Below, one piece after another: positions 10,273 to 20,419 of a stretch of DNA of 32,762 nt (positions are counted from its first letter, which is position 1; each line of letters opens with the position of its first letter). A program made the position numbers and the translations under genes. A model generated the notes under the pieces. The model saw only the letters and a list, made by a program, of their open reading frames with translations, was not told the DNA's origin and searched no databases. Origin of the DNA: Thermoproteota archaeon (GTDB lineage: Archaea; Asgardarchaeota; Jordiarchaeia; Jordiarchaeales; Freyrarchaeaceae). Location of the stretch: the NCBI GenBank assembly GCA_029258835.1, contig JAPDJY010000056.1, positions 1 through 32,762 on the forward strand, read 5' to 3'.

Positions 10273-11363
10273 CGTTGAAGAGATTTCAATTCGGTGAGGA
10301 TTTCAGAGGGGTGGAGAATTCTGACTTTTCGAGGTTTACCTCTTATTTCAACGTATCCATAATGTTTAACGCTGTTCTTCTTTATATATCCCATGCCCAC
10401 TCCAACTCCTTTAAGAGGAGATAAAGTTCCACTAGTAACAAAGCCGGATTTCATTCCATCTGTGAGAATACTGTACCCTTTACGTGGTATTCCTCTTTCT
10501 TCCATAAGTAGACTTACCCGTAAAAACCGTATTCCACGTGTTTCAAGGGCTTTCCGCCCTATAAAGTTCTTGTCCAAGTCTAGGAAGCGCTCAAGGGAGG
10601 CCTCGATGGGGGTTACATCTTCATTAATATCTACTCCATATAAGGCAAGCCCTGCCTCCATCCTAAGGATATCTCTTGCAGCAAGCCCACAGGGAGTTAT
10701 TGACGACGATTCTCCTAGCTTAAGTATCAGTTCCCAGAGTGCTAATGCCTTTTCATCATCAAACTGTATTATTTCGAAGCCGTCCTCGCCGGTGTATCCG
10801 GTTCTAGAGAGTAAACAGGGCGACCCTAAAACGGTAACACTACAATGTTTAAACCTTCCCAAAGAAGAGAGACTTGTAAGACCTTTAATAACTTGTGGCG
10901 ATAAAGGTCCTTGAACTGCAAACATGACGGATTCATCGGATAAGTCGTCTACTTGAACATTAAAGTTAAACTCGTCAGTCTTTGCTGTAATCCAAGAGAA
11001 AGCCCTTTCCCTATTGCACGCGTTTACCACAAGTAGCAGTCCATTATCCATCTTATATACGATTATGTCGTCTATTATTCCTCCATGCTCATTAAGTAAA
11101 AAACCATATTTACAGTCTCCTTTCCGCATGGCTTCAACATCCCTAGTAAATAAGAGGTTCATTAAACGGGTTGCATCATCTCCTGAAACCATTATTCGCC
11201 CCATGTGGGACACATCAAAGAGACCCACGTTGCGCCTAACCGAGAGGGCCTCCACGGTTGGACCGAAACCCTTATATTCCAATGGCATTTCAAACCCAGC
11301 AAATTCAAACATAACAGCATGTTCGGCGTGCCATTCATGAAGAGGTAGTCTACGTGGCGTCAT
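10269..11363 (-). CDS. gcvT: Glycine cleavage system aminomethyltransferase T
   Basis: [51 protein letters not shown]. Confidence 0.96.
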   Translation of the reverse strand: MTPRRLPLHEWHAEHAVMFEFAGFEMPLEYKGFGPTVEALSVRRNVGLFDVSHMGRIMVSGDDATRLMNLLFTRDVEAMRKGDCKYGFLLNEHGGIIDDIIVYKMDNGLLLVVNACNRERAFSWITAKTDEFNFNVQVDDLSDESVMFAVQGPLSPQVIKGLTSLSSLGRFKHCSVTVLGSPCLLSRTGYTGEDGFEIIQFDDEKALALWELILKLGESSSITPCGLAARDILRMEAGLALYGVDINEDVTPIEASLERFLDLDKNFIGRKALETRGIRFLRVSLLMEERGIPRKGYSILTDGMKSGFVTSGTLSPLKGVGVGMGYIKKNSVKHYGYVEIRGKPRKVRILHPSEILTELKSLQR

Positions 11364-11449
11364 AAACCAATCACCAGTTGATTATAAAAACAATCAAGGA
11401 GAAACTTGTATTTAAAGGGAAGTGAAGTCTTTTAATAATATTACTTTGC

Positions 11450-12439
11450 TTGAGAGGAGGCAGCTATTTGGCTTGTGAAGAGCTAAAAATGAAGTTTGAA
11501 ATGTTAAGTAAATATCTTAATGTTCCCGCTAAAAGAGGCTACATGCTTAGTAGCATAGCAGACTGCTTCTTGTATGAAGGAAAAAGGAAAGAAGCACTAA
11601 AACTTAAAGGGGCAGCCATTTCCGAATTTAAAAGGGAATTGGCAAATTCGAAGCTGGGATGTTATGATTTAGGGCTGCTCCATGTTTGGTTAGGTTACTG
11701 CTATGCTGATAAGCCACGATTCGTTAAGCACCTCATTAAGGCAGCAGAATTCTTTGCGAAGGAAAATGTACATGCTTTAAGGAAAGAGGATCGTCTGCGT
11801 CCAGTCATGGGAATGTACAATGCAGCTACATGCTACCTTATACTAGGAAAGAGGCGTGAAGCGAGAGAGTTATTTTTGGAACTCCATAGTAAAAAGCGGT
11901 CTTTAAACGTGCCATCAGTTTTTTTAGCGTCATCATTGTTCAGAATGGGAAGCGTTGAGGCCGCTTTAGAAACGTTGAAGGAAGCGTTGGATAGGGAAAC
12001 TTCATCATTCATCAAAACAACTTTAAAGTTTATTGCGGGTTGTTATTCTCTCGTTAGGGGGGATACTGTTTACGCTGAAAAAATGTTTCGTGGACTGCTT
12101 GCAAACCCGGATATCGAAGACGAAATGCAGGTTTACAATCTTAAGACTTATGCGCTCTGCCACCTTGCATTGGGAAACTTCGGAGAGGCTCTTGACATAT
12201 TAAATTTTACCATAGAAACAATGGAAGGAGGGAGAGAGATAGGCGAGCTTCACTTAGCTTGGGAGATACGGCAGGCAATTTACGCTCTGAAACAGGGAAA
12301 CAATGAAATGCTGGAGACGATTTTAAAGATGATGAGCTGGAAGTGGTTTAGCATACCCTACTATGATACAATAGTTGTAATACTCAAAAGAAAATTAAAG
12401 GAGTTGATGCCTGAAGAGAATCTTTTTATTTTCTTTTAG
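11450..12439 (+). CDS. TPR-like helical repeat protein
   Basis: Repeated TPR-like motifs (YNAATCYLILGKRREARELF, LASSLFRMGSVEAALETL, YALCHLALGNFGEALDIL). Confidence 0.7.
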   Translation: MRGGSYLACEELKMKFEMLSKYLNVPAKRGYMLSSIADCFLYEGKRKEALKLKGAAISEFKRELANSKLGCYDLGLLHVWLGYCYADKPRFVKHLIKAAEFFAKENVHALRKEDRLRPVMGMYNAATCYLILGKRREARELFLELHSKKRSLNVPSVFLASSLFRMGSVEAALETLKEALDRETSSFIKTTLKFIAGCYSLVRGDTVYAEKMFRGLLANPDIEDEMQVYNLKTYALCHLALGNFGEALDILNFTIETMEGGREIGELHLAWEIRQAIYALKQGNNEMLETILKMMSWKWFSIPYYDTIVVILKRKLKELMPEENLFIFF

Positions 12440-12479
12440 GAATAAGAAAGAAAACTCAAAGAAAAAGGAGGGTGAAATT

Positions 12480-13267
12480 ATGGCTTCACTTGAAGAAGGC
12501 AAGGTAGAAAAGGAAAAGACACCAAATTTTCTTGGATTACTTGTGTCGTATCTTCTAGCAGCATCTATGGTAGGAATTTGCCCCACTATAGTTTTAGTTT
12601 ATATTCTCCTAGACATAATAAAGTTACCGTTGTTTTTAGTGATCGCTTTAGCACCAGGATATTACGTTCTCACCAGATGGGTCTTTAACTTAACTCTGCT
12701 TTTCATAGCGAAACATTCGATACGTCCGGTTGAGGAAGGAGTACACGAAATGAGCATGAGCAATGTTAACGCCGTCAACTGGCTGCGCAATGGAATAGCA
12801 ACGTGTCTAGCCCTTCACTATATAGGGTTCGAACTAGTGTAGATGCGTTCTACACTAGGAATAAACCGTTCGGTATGCCCGGGCTTGGAAGCTTGGTTCT
12901 GAGGGCACTAGGGGCAAAAATGGGGCGAGGCGCTGTGGCATCGTTCGTTGCAGATCCATACCTAATAGAAATGGGAGACGGGTCCATAGCAGGGGGAGGT
13001 TCGATAATTTCAGGGCACGTATTTGATAGAGGAAAACTGAAGATAGGAAAAGTTAAGATAGGGAAAAACGTGGTTATAGGAGGCAACGCGGTAATATTTC
13101 CAGATGTTGAGATAGGTGATAACTCTGTCGTCGGAGCGCTGTCATTAGTAACCTCGGGAACAAGGATCCCGCCAAACCAGGTTTGGGGGGGAATACCGGC
13201 AAAACCGGTCATGACTGTAGATGGAAAGCCCTTAAGTAACATGAGAGAAAGCAAGGAAGAAACTTAA
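12480..13267 (+). CDS. Membrane-anchored left-handed beta-helix (hexapeptide) acyltransferase, interrupted by a predicted BHB intron; join(12480..12832,12865..13267), 251 aa
   Basis: The N-terminal ORF has two hydrophobic helices. The C-terminal ORF has LRALGAKMG, hexapeptide repeats (VKIGKNVVIGGNAVIFPDVEIGDNSVVG) and WGGIPA. The spliced length is 756 nt, in frame, with junction IGFE|PFGMPG. Confidence 0.85.
12833..12864 (+). other. 32-nt bulge-helix-bulge mRNA intron
   Basis: GG-GTTC-[GA|A]-CTAGTGTAGA-TGCGT-TCTACACTAG-GAAT-[AA|A]-CC: two 3-nt bulges, a 4-bp central helix and a perfect 10-bp inner helix. It contains the in-frame TAG. Confidence 0.85.
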
Positions 13268-13273
13268 AACATT

Positions 13274-14026
13274 TTAACCCATTAAACCGGGGAAATAGTA
13301 TTTTTCTCCATACGCATAGCTTTCCTCTTTTCTTGCAATCCCACTTTCCTCAAGTGCAGTGAGCGCGGCGTTAACACGTTCCTTCGACCAGCCAGTTTTT
13401 AACATAACATCCTCTGGAGTGACGTACCCTTTCTCGCTAGCAATGCTTAAAATCTCGTTTTGGTCGTCGCTCAGTTCAGCAGGGATAAAAACTACGATTT
13501 TAACACCCGATCTAAGTTGACGTAAACCAGGAATCACCTTCCTTTTCTCGAGCTCCTTAATCGCCCGCTCTACATCGTCTACTTTCACCTTGCCCCTTAA
13601 CCTTCCAGTATTTACTATAAGGTAAGCATCTCCGAGGGTCATTATACCTCCAGTTTCCTTGCGCTTAAGAAGAGCACGTTGATATAACAGTAATCCCAGC
13701 TTCTCGTAGTCTATTCCAACAGACAAACCTAGCATTTTCTTTTTCAATACTTCCTCCTCACTTATCACGTGGGTTATTACGGCACTTTCTGGTATACCAT
13801 ATTTCTCTCTGATTCTACTTATTTCACTTTGAAGTTTTGGGCTTGTAGCAATTATTACACCGTACTTCTCAGCGATTTCTTCAAGTTTACCTTTAATCTT
13901 TGTAGCCGCCTTAAGATCTTCCTCTAGTTCTTCAAGTTTTAGCTCGGCAGCTTTTCTTTCCATATGTTTTCTTCTTTCCATTCTCTCACGAATTTCACGG
14001 ATCCCCAAATCTGACAGCCCCAACAA
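13274..14026 (-). CDS. ESCRT-II Vps22/Vps36-like (EAP30 domain) protein
   Basis: N-terminal helical region, TGGIMTL..DDVERAIKELE first winged helix, ELSDDQNEIL..GYVT....TGWSKERVNAALTALEESG..YYFP second winged helix; adjacent to Vps28. Confidence 0.88.
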   Translation of the reverse strand: MLGLSDLGIREIRERMERRKHMERKAAELKLEELEEDLKAATKIKGKLEEIAEKYGVIIATSPKLQSEISRIREKYGIPESAVITHVISEEEVLKKKMLGLSVGIDYEKLGLLLYQRALLKRKETGGIMTLGDAYLIVNTGRLRGKVKVDDVERAIKELEKRKVIPGLRQLRSGVKIVVFIPAELSDDQNEILSIASEKGYVTPEDVMLKTGWSKERVNAALTALEESGIARKEESYAYGEKYYFPGLMG

Positions 14027-14029
14027 ATT

Positions 14030-14707
14030 TTAAAGCGATAAATCTTTAAGCCTTTGCTTAAAGTCGCGGTACCATCGATAAGCGTCGTACTCCATTTTCT
14101 TAGCGTCCTCTTGGTCTAAGACTAGGTCAGGAGGTAAGTCTTTCAAACGATTCCGCCAATCAACAACCTCTTTGTAGACCCAATAATTTTCACCTTCTAA
14201 ACCCGGAAATTTTTCAAGTTGGAGAGCTAATTCATCTAAGAGAGGGACAATAATGTCAATCCTAGCATAGTCGGTTAGTTGAAGCGAATCTATTAGCGTT
14301 ATTAAATTAGAAATCACATCGGCTGTTCTTGAGGCTAGCGCGGAAGGGGAAACCCTAAGAGCTTCCATAGGAATTTCGTCCTCAGACCTGACAGTAATAC
14401 CATCAGACGCGGCAAGCCGTAACCGTGAAGAAGCATAAGGATATTTTTCGAGAATACCATTCTCTTCTAAAAACTTTTTAAGATCGAAACCCTTACTCTC
14501 TAGTTTAGACCGTACGTTAATTATCTGCTTTATGTGCCATTCCAGCTGTTTCTGATATGTGATGGCGTCAATTAAACCGTTTTCATAGCTGCTAGTTAGC
14601 ATATCTAATGTTGCTATGCATGCATACAGTTCCCCCTCAAGGCTAAGCTGATTATTACCTCTCTGTCGTTCTTTAGCTTTCTCGGCGACTTTCATTTTTA
14701 GAACCAC
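14030..14707 (-). CDS. ESCRT-I Vps28-like protein
   Basis: ELYACIATLDMLTSSYENGLID..Y N-terminal core; LITLIDSLQL..IDIIVPLLDEL..VVDWRNRL..DAYRWY C-terminal helical bundle. Confidence 0.88.
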   Translation of the reverse strand: MVLKMKVAEKAKERQRGNNQLSLEGELYACIATLDMLTSSYENGLIDAITYQKQLEWHIKQIINVRSKLESKGFDLKKFLEENGILEKYPYASSRLRLAASDGITVRSEDEIPMEALRVSPSALASRTADVISNLITLIDSLQLTDYARIDIIVPLLDELALQLEKFPGLEGENYWVYKEVVDWRNRLKDLPPDLVLDQEDAKKMEYDAYRWYRDFKQRLKDLSL

Positions 14708-14710
14708 CCA

Positions 14711-15472
14711 CTAACTAGACTCAACCTCGCCTCGGAGGCTCTGAAGCTTCTTATTGACTATGTACCATTGCTTCTTGTATTTTCTGTATAGCCTAGTATA
14801 ATCTGTCGGATCTATTTCACCAGCTTCAAACTTTTCCTCGAGAGATCTTATGAGGTCTTCTATAGCGATCTTCTCGCTTTCTAATTCTAACTTTTCGTCG
14901 ACAGGAACTTTCATGCTAGTCTGAACGGTGCCGATGGCGACCTCCGCGTGGGTAGTTAACCTACTTCTGAGAGAGGCGATTGTTTCATCCTTCTCCTGAA
15001 GCTTACGTTGAAGTTCTTTTACTTGCCGTTCTAAAGCAGCAATCCTGTCAAGAAATTCGGATGGAGGCACCTCTGCACCTGACTCAGAGAGAGAAGGTAT
15101 AGGCGTCTTCTGAGGTTTCTTAAATAGAGGGCGGGGAGGAACCTTTGCGAAAACGCCCTTGAGCGTGTTTATTGCGTGATAAACGTGGTATTCCGGCTTC
15201 CACTGGTCTAGTATGCTTAAGTGGACCCTGCCTGTTTCCGGATCCACATTAGGATGATCTGTTGGCGAGATCATACGGATAATTGGAGGGTCAAATGGAA
15301 AAGTTGGAGGAATCTTAACTTCAACCTCGAATTTAAGTCCTCTATATTCACCTCTCCCTGCGATTTCACCTCTCCATATCGTTAGGTCGCCCTTGAACGG
15401 CGTGAATCCTTTAGCTCTCTCGTACATTAATTGGGCTTCCCGTGCAAGTATCAATTCAAAATCTTCAGTCAA
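14711..15472 (-). CDS. ESCRT-I Vps23/TSG101-like protein (UEV + coiled coil + steadiness box)
   Basis: E2 fold IPPTFPFDPP..HPNVDPETGRVHLSILDQW with His in place of the catalytic Cys, Pro-rich linker, coiled coil, and C-terminal AIEDLIRSLEEKFEAGEID..DY..LYRKY. Confidence 0.88.
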   Translation of the reverse strand: MTEDFELILAREAQLMYERAKGFTPFKGDLTIWRGEIAGRGEYRGLKFEVEVKIPPTFPFDPPIIRMISPTDHPNVDPETGRVHLSILDQWKPEYHVYHAINTLKGVFAKVPPRPLFKKPQKTPIPSLSESGAEVPPSEFLDRIAALERQVKELQRKLQEKDETIASLRSRLTTHAEVAIGTVQTSMKVPVDEKLELESEKIAIEDLIRSLEEKFEAGEIDPTDYTRLYRKYKKQWYIVNKKLQSLRGEVESS

Positions 15473-15763
15473 TCCCAGTCAACTCCTTGCTCTTCATTAC
15501 AATATCCATTCTCCACGAAAATTAAAACTTTTGATATCGACAAAATAGGAGAACTCTTAGAAGAAGACGATGAAAGCAGCCCTAAGGTAGAATAATTTCC
15601 CTGAATGACAATAAAAAGCTGCTTTTTAAAGACTTTCTTGTGTATTACAGGTATTTTTAAGTCAAAGATGATACTCTAGGTAGTAGTTTAAATACGCTTA
15701 AAAGAGAAATTAGGAAGGTAAATGCTGATGGCTGCCGCCTTAGCCTTATAGGGAGGTGATTGT

Positions 15764-16318
15764 GTGGAGGAGAACCCTAAGGCTGAAGGACATATAGTGA
15801 TTAGCGGCAGAGTATATCCAGCTAATAAAGTTATTAGCGCCCTTATAAGGGAGGGGTTTGCAGATGTGAAGATAGAAGCTGGCGGCGTCTTAGTTATAGG
15901 AGGAGAACGCATCCAGCCACTTTTTCAAAGCGTTCAAGACCGCGCTATGGCCATCACCTGTTATGGCAGCCTCGCGTACTGTTGCGGATTAGAAAAGAAA
16001 TGTCCTATTCGGGATGAAGCATTAAGACTGTTAGGGTTGTCTGAGGCGGATTACTTGAAGATAAAGAGATACATGCATAATAAGTTCATCGAATATGCAA
16101 AGGGATTATGGGGCATAAGGGAGGAAAATATTGAAAAAACATATTTAACTGATGAAAACGACTACTTAGGGAAATATAGATATGAAAGAAAAGAAAGATG
16201 GAAAGAACAAGAAAACGAGTACACACCAGAAATAGGAGGATTCTGCGTCTTTTGCGGTGAAAAACTTCCTTTAAACGCAAGATATTGTAAACGATGCGGA
16301 CGAGCCGTACAATTATAA
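15764..16318 (+). CDS. Cys-rich protein with methanogenesis-marker-9-like motif and C-terminal zinc ribbon
   Basis: TCYGSLAYCCGLEKKCPIRDEALRLLGLSEADYLKIK; FCVFCGEKLPLNARYCKRCG; GGAGGTGA Shine-Dalgarno upstream. Confidence 0.65.
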   Translation: MEENPKAEGHIVISGRVYPANKVISALIREGFADVKIEAGGVLVIGGERIQPLFQSVQDRAMAITCYGSLAYCCGLEKKCPIRDEALRLLGLSEADYLKIKRYMHNKFIEYAKGLWGIREENIEKTYLTDENDYLGKYRYERKERWKEQENEYTPEIGGFCVFCGEKLPLNARYCKRCGRAVQL

Positions 16319-16338
16319 ATTTATGGTTGAAAGAAAAG

Positions 16339-17352
16339 TTAAATGTTTAAGTGTAGCTCTCGCCACCGCCTATAATCGCTTGGAAACCTTATGTATGTTA
16401 CGAGTTTTGTGGCTTTGTAGGAAGTTGCTAATTTCCTCACGGATTCAAACTCGTCATCGTCGGTGAAAGACCAGTACATAAAGGACAGTTTTCTTCTTCT
16501 AGCAGTTATATCTCTAAGAGGAAGCAACGTTTCACTTAAAGCGTTAAACTCGGGTGTGTCAACTTTCGGTAAAATGGGAGACCATGCATTTATGTTAATG
16601 AGAACGTGACCTGTTATAGCCGACAAGGCTTCTATGTCCTGGCCAAAGTGCTTGTAAGCACCTTTCTGATATCCTGTTTCAGGGTCAAGTTCAACGGTTA
16701 CTAGAACTTCAACGCCTTTATCTTTAACAGCGTTGTGAACTGTTGAAACGGCGCTCTTTATTTTTTCAGCACGCCACTCAAACCATTTTGACAGAGCTTG
16801 CGGGTCATCGCGTAAGGCTTCAAAACTTAATGGGGAATCTATTCCAATGAGCTCCGCAAACTCGCTTTTGCAAGTTTCACAGAAACAGTATGTTTCTCTG
16901 ATGTAAGAGTTTCCTTGAAGGATTATCCCCTTCACAGGAAACTCCGTTATTTCATCGGCGACACTTGCAAGATACTCCCAGAAGGCGCTCCTGTTAGGGC
17001 AAACAAAGCCCTCTGCCACATTCCCTTCTGAACTATAAGTTCTGTATGAGGGATCAACGGCGTAATACTCGTCGATAAACATGTTAATAACAGCATATAG
17101 GTCTATTCCCGCAGCCCCAGTGGTCTCAGCCACTGTTGAGAAAAAATTTCCATATTCATCATGTATAGGAGCATACTTACTATTGTAAAGCGCGTATCCT
17201 CGTTCATCCTTCGCAACAGCAGCAATTTGCTTCATGTAACCTCCAAATTCAGCCATAAATTCATCAGCACTTTTATCCAGAGTATATGGGTCAATTATTA
17301 AGAGTACATTACGAATTAAAAGATCCCGCACCTCCATTTGGTACACCTGCAA
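16339..17352 (-). CDS. Glycoside-hydrolase-like TIM-barrel protein (GHL10/DUF187-like)
   Basis: AKDERGYALYNSK, FVCPN..FWEYL, VKGIILQ, YCFCETCK..F, WFEWR. Confidence 0.6.
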   Translation of the reverse strand: MQVYQMEVRDLLIRNVLLIIDPYTLDKSADEFMAEFGGYMKQIAAVAKDERGYALYNSKYAPIHDEYGNFFSTVAETTGAAGIDLYAVINMFIDEYYAVDPSYRTYSSEGNVAEGFVCPNRSAFWEYLASVADEITEFPVKGIILQGNSYIRETYCFCETCKSEFAELIGIDSPLSFEALRDDPQALSKWFEWRAEKIKSAVSTVHNAVKDKGVEVLVTVELDPETGYQKGAYKHFGQDIEALSAITGHVLININAWSPILPKVDTPEFNALSETLLPLRDITARRRKLSFMYWSFTDDDEFESVRKLATSYKATKLVTYIRFPSDYRRWRELHLNI

Positions 17353-17461
17353 ATCGTCATTTAATGGAAAAAATGTGAAAGCACGGTAAAAAACTTTACT
17401 AATGTAGAGTCTCTATAATAGTTGCGAGTTGCACAATTAGAAGTTTGATTTCCAACAAAAA

Positions 17462-20077
17462 TCATATCCATGACTCTAGGCGGGTTAACCCCACAATCTT
17501 ATCGAAATCTAACCCCAATGCATCTAAGACTTGCTCAAAAGTTGTTCGGAGATACTCTTTATATTTTTCTGTGTCTATTTCTTCTTTCCTAGCTAACTCT
17601 ATGGGTCTAACACCTTCTTTACCTTTTACTTTAACGAAGGAAATTATGTCACCTGGCTTGATTTCTTTCCCAAGCTCTAAAAGTTGTCTTGCTGCCTTCA
17701 CATGTTGCGGAGTAGTTTTAACATAGCTTTTGATGGGTTTAGTTAACTGCACCCTGAAGGCGAAATCTTCGAGTGTGAACTCCCTTCTCTGAATTTTAAC
17801 GTAGCAAGTGCGAGCGATTCGCTCTATCTCCTCTTTTGCCTCATTAAAGTCTTGTTCGGAGTTCACTCTGCTTAGAACAGAAACCATTTGAAGAAATGCC
17901 TTTTGAATAAACTGAGGGGAGTTACGTTTTCTCCCTGTAAGCCCCTTAATGTCAACAGAGCCATCCTTAAAAACACCTAAATAGTTCTTCTTTCGCTCGG
18001 AGAAAGCCACATACCTGTACACTTTATCTACATCCAAGTCTACATTCAGGGCTTTTTGGCTCCACTCAATTAATTCAGATATTTTCTTTTCTTGCGGGTT
18101 TTTTATGAAAACGCTGTCGGTATCGCCATAGAGAATTTCCATTGAAAGCTCCTGTGCCTTCCTTATAGTTGCTTCAATGGTATGCCTTCCTATAGCAGCG
18201 GTGCTTTCAGCCACAGGCAAGCAGTAGAAAGGAAAATGTTCTGCCCCGAAAACACCGTAACTTGCATTTATGATTACTTTAAGCGCCCGTTCAACGACTG
18301 AGTACCACCTTCGCAACTCATCATTTAAACCTTTATCCTTAGACTTTGGCTTGAACCATTTAACCCGTATATCTCGAAGGAAACCTATAAGTAGCGAGCT
18401 CATTCCTCGCCTTTTGGTACAAATCCAATGACTCGTCTCAGGGACCACGTTTACCTTACATTCTGGATGGGGACATCTTACGGTCTCATAACTCAGATTG
18501 TATTCTTTTATTATGCTGGGGTAAAGGGAGGCAAAATCTAAAACGACTACGTTAAAGTGTACCCCTGGTTTTGGTTTAACAACTTTAGCTCCTTTAAACT
18601 TTTTATCCTTGGTAATTGCTTTCGTATCGCTTACGTTTTTCATTGAGGCGATATCCTCTGGCCTTGGAATTAGATAGTTCCTCAAACGATGTTCATAGTA
18701 GAAGAGGTTTTTAATCCACGAGGAAACCCCTTGCCTTGTCACGTCCTCCATTGATAAACGAGAGATACGCATTAGCAAAATAATTAGTTTTAAAACTAAA
18801 TTATCATCGAACCGTGTTAGTTCAAGAGTAATGTATGCGTCTTGCCAGCAGTATGCAGCCAGAACTAGGAGAGGTAACTCGGATATTTCCGTTTCAAGGG
18901 AAACCTTACCAATATCTATTAACGCTTTAGCAATCGCATCTAGCGTTTCCTCCTTATACTTATTTGAAAAAGCGTAAACTTGAATCGACTTATTATGGAA
19001 AAACTTGTAAAGGTCAACGTGAACGCCGTAACGCAAGTAAGCAGCGTCCTTCCCAAGTATTATAGGAATTTCATCCTTAGGAAAACCAAGTTTAAGAGCT
19101 CTATGATATAAATACTTTAAGTCAAAGTTATCACCGTTAAACGTCAGAACTATGGGGTAACAGTCAACCACTTCAAACAGCGTCTTTATAAGGTCAACTT
19201 CCTTATCAAAAAATTCCACTCTAAATTTATCAGTAAAACCACTAGGAATTTCGCCTTTACTTAATTCTGGTCTTTTCAGTATTAAAACACGGGATTCGCC
19301 GTCGTTTGAAACAATCGCTGCACAGATAATCTCATTTTCTGCGGACTCAGGGTCAGGGATTCGATCTAATTCGCTAAAAACCTCTATATCTATGGCCACC
19401 CGCTTAATGTCGGGTACAGGTGCTATGAAAGAGGGAAGAAACTCCATTAAGACCTCAAGAAATTCCTCTGATTCCCCTTTAAAAACTTGTAAAAGTTCTT
19501 TAATATCCCCTACATCTAAAGGCGCCTTTTCTAATCGTCCTCCTTTCACCATCCAAAACATGCCAGGGATGATTTTTTTATCATAAATGTAGCAGTTGTG
19601 GTATTGAATTTTGGCCTCCCAAGCATTAGGAAGCAACTCCCTGATAGATCCAGATCTGCCACCTATAGCAAGCGGGTTCTTTCCCAGTATTTTGGTCATT
19701 CTGACTTTCCTATCATGAAGTAAGTCATATTTTTCTACCTCTTCAAAGCCTAAAAGCCCGCTGTGAGACATCAATTTCGAGTTCTTCTTTAAATCGTCTA
19801 TGCTCAAATCGGACAGACAGTAAGGGTGGTGATCGGTATTGTCATACCACCAGTAAAGCTTACGGCTTTCAGGGTCATATAAGCGCACATATGCACAATT
19901 TTTTTCACCATGATATCCTACCGATAAAAGAAGGCATGGCAGATTTTCCGGAGGATACTCGTAATCTTTCCTTGCCTCCGTGGCCGAAACGTCCGCTTTA
20001 CCAGCACTTGCCGCAGCTTTATTTTCACTTTCCACTTTATCCGAGATAAATTGGAATAGAGTAGTTTCCTTATACAA
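17462..20077 (-). CDS. polB1: Family B DNA polymerase, PolB1 (Dpo1-like)
   Basis: Exo motifs AIDIEV and TFNGDNFDL; polymerase motifs DFASLYPSII, K..INASYGVFG, YGDTDS and KKNY; N-terminal YDNTDHHPYC typical of PolB1. Confidence 0.95.
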   Translation of the reverse strand: MYKETTLFQFISDKVESENKAAASAGKADVSATEARKDYEYPPENLPCLLLSVGYHGEKNCAYVRLYDPESRKLYWWYDNTDHHPYCLSDLSIDDLKKNSKLMSHSGLLGFEEVEKYDLLHDRKVRMTKILGKNPLAIGGRSGSIRELLPNAWEAKIQYHNCYIYDKKIIPGMFWMVKGGRLEKAPLDVGDIKELLQVFKGESEEFLEVLMEFLPSFIAPVPDIKRVAIDIEVFSELDRIPDPESAENEIICAAIVSNDGESRVLILKRPELSKGEIPSGFTDKFRVEFFDKEVDLIKTLFEVVDCYPIVLTFNGDNFDLKYLYHRALKLGFPKDEIPIILGKDAAYLRYGVHVDLYKFFHNKSIQVYAFSNKYKEETLDAIAKALIDIGKVSLETEISELPLLVLAAYCWQDAYITLELTRFDDNLVLKLIILLMRISRLSMEDVTRQGVSSWIKNLFYYEHRLRNYLIPRPEDIASMKNVSDTKAITKDKKFKGAKVVKPKPGVHFNVVVLDFASLYPSIIKEYNLSYETVRCPHPECKVNVVPETSHWICTKRRGMSSLLIGFLRDIRVKWFKPKSKDKGLNDELRRWYSVVERALKVIINASYGVFGAEHFPFYCLPVAESTAAIGRHTIEATIRKAQELSMEILYGDTDSVFIKNPQEKKISELIEWSQKALNVDLDVDKVYRYVAFSERKKNYLGVFKDGSVDIKGLTGRKRNSPQFIQKAFLQMVSVLSRVNSEQDFNEAKEEIERIARTCYVKIQRREFTLEDFAFRVQLTKPIKSYVKTTPQHVKAARQLLELGKEIKPGDIISFVKVKGKEGVRPIELARKEEIDTEKYKEYLRTTFEQVLDALGLDFDKIVGLTRLESWI

Positions 20078-20419
20078 TTAAGCGCCCTCCCTTCTCCGAG
20101 ATCTAAAAAGATAAAGAGAGAAATATAAGTTCTATGTAACAAGGAACCCTGAGGCGTTAACGGTTAGAACAAATGAACAATATAAAATTATGTAAGCTTC
20201 GCATTCACTCTCTTGGTTGTTTAAGAGCATTATTAATAACTTTATCCTTTAGAGAGATTTTTGAAAAAGATGAGTAGAGTTAAAATGGTTTTCTCGAGGA
20301 GAAGAAATGAGATAACTTTTAAACTTAGAAGAAGAATAGGTTTTAAAGAAGCCTGTTGCATTTTGATGTCATAGCAACCCCGATGGGAGGGAAAAAAGCT
20401 GAGAGGATTTAATTGGAAA

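Noticed and set aside
12803-12870. Pseudogene, sequencing frameshift or pyrrolysine/TAG readthrough in the acyltransferase
   Set aside because: Readthrough stays in the wrong frame and stops about 20 codons later; the exact BHB geometry restoring the frame explains the break better.
14711-15472. Active E2 ubiquitin-conjugating enzyme
   Set aside because: The catalytic Cys position is His, consistent with a UEV domain.
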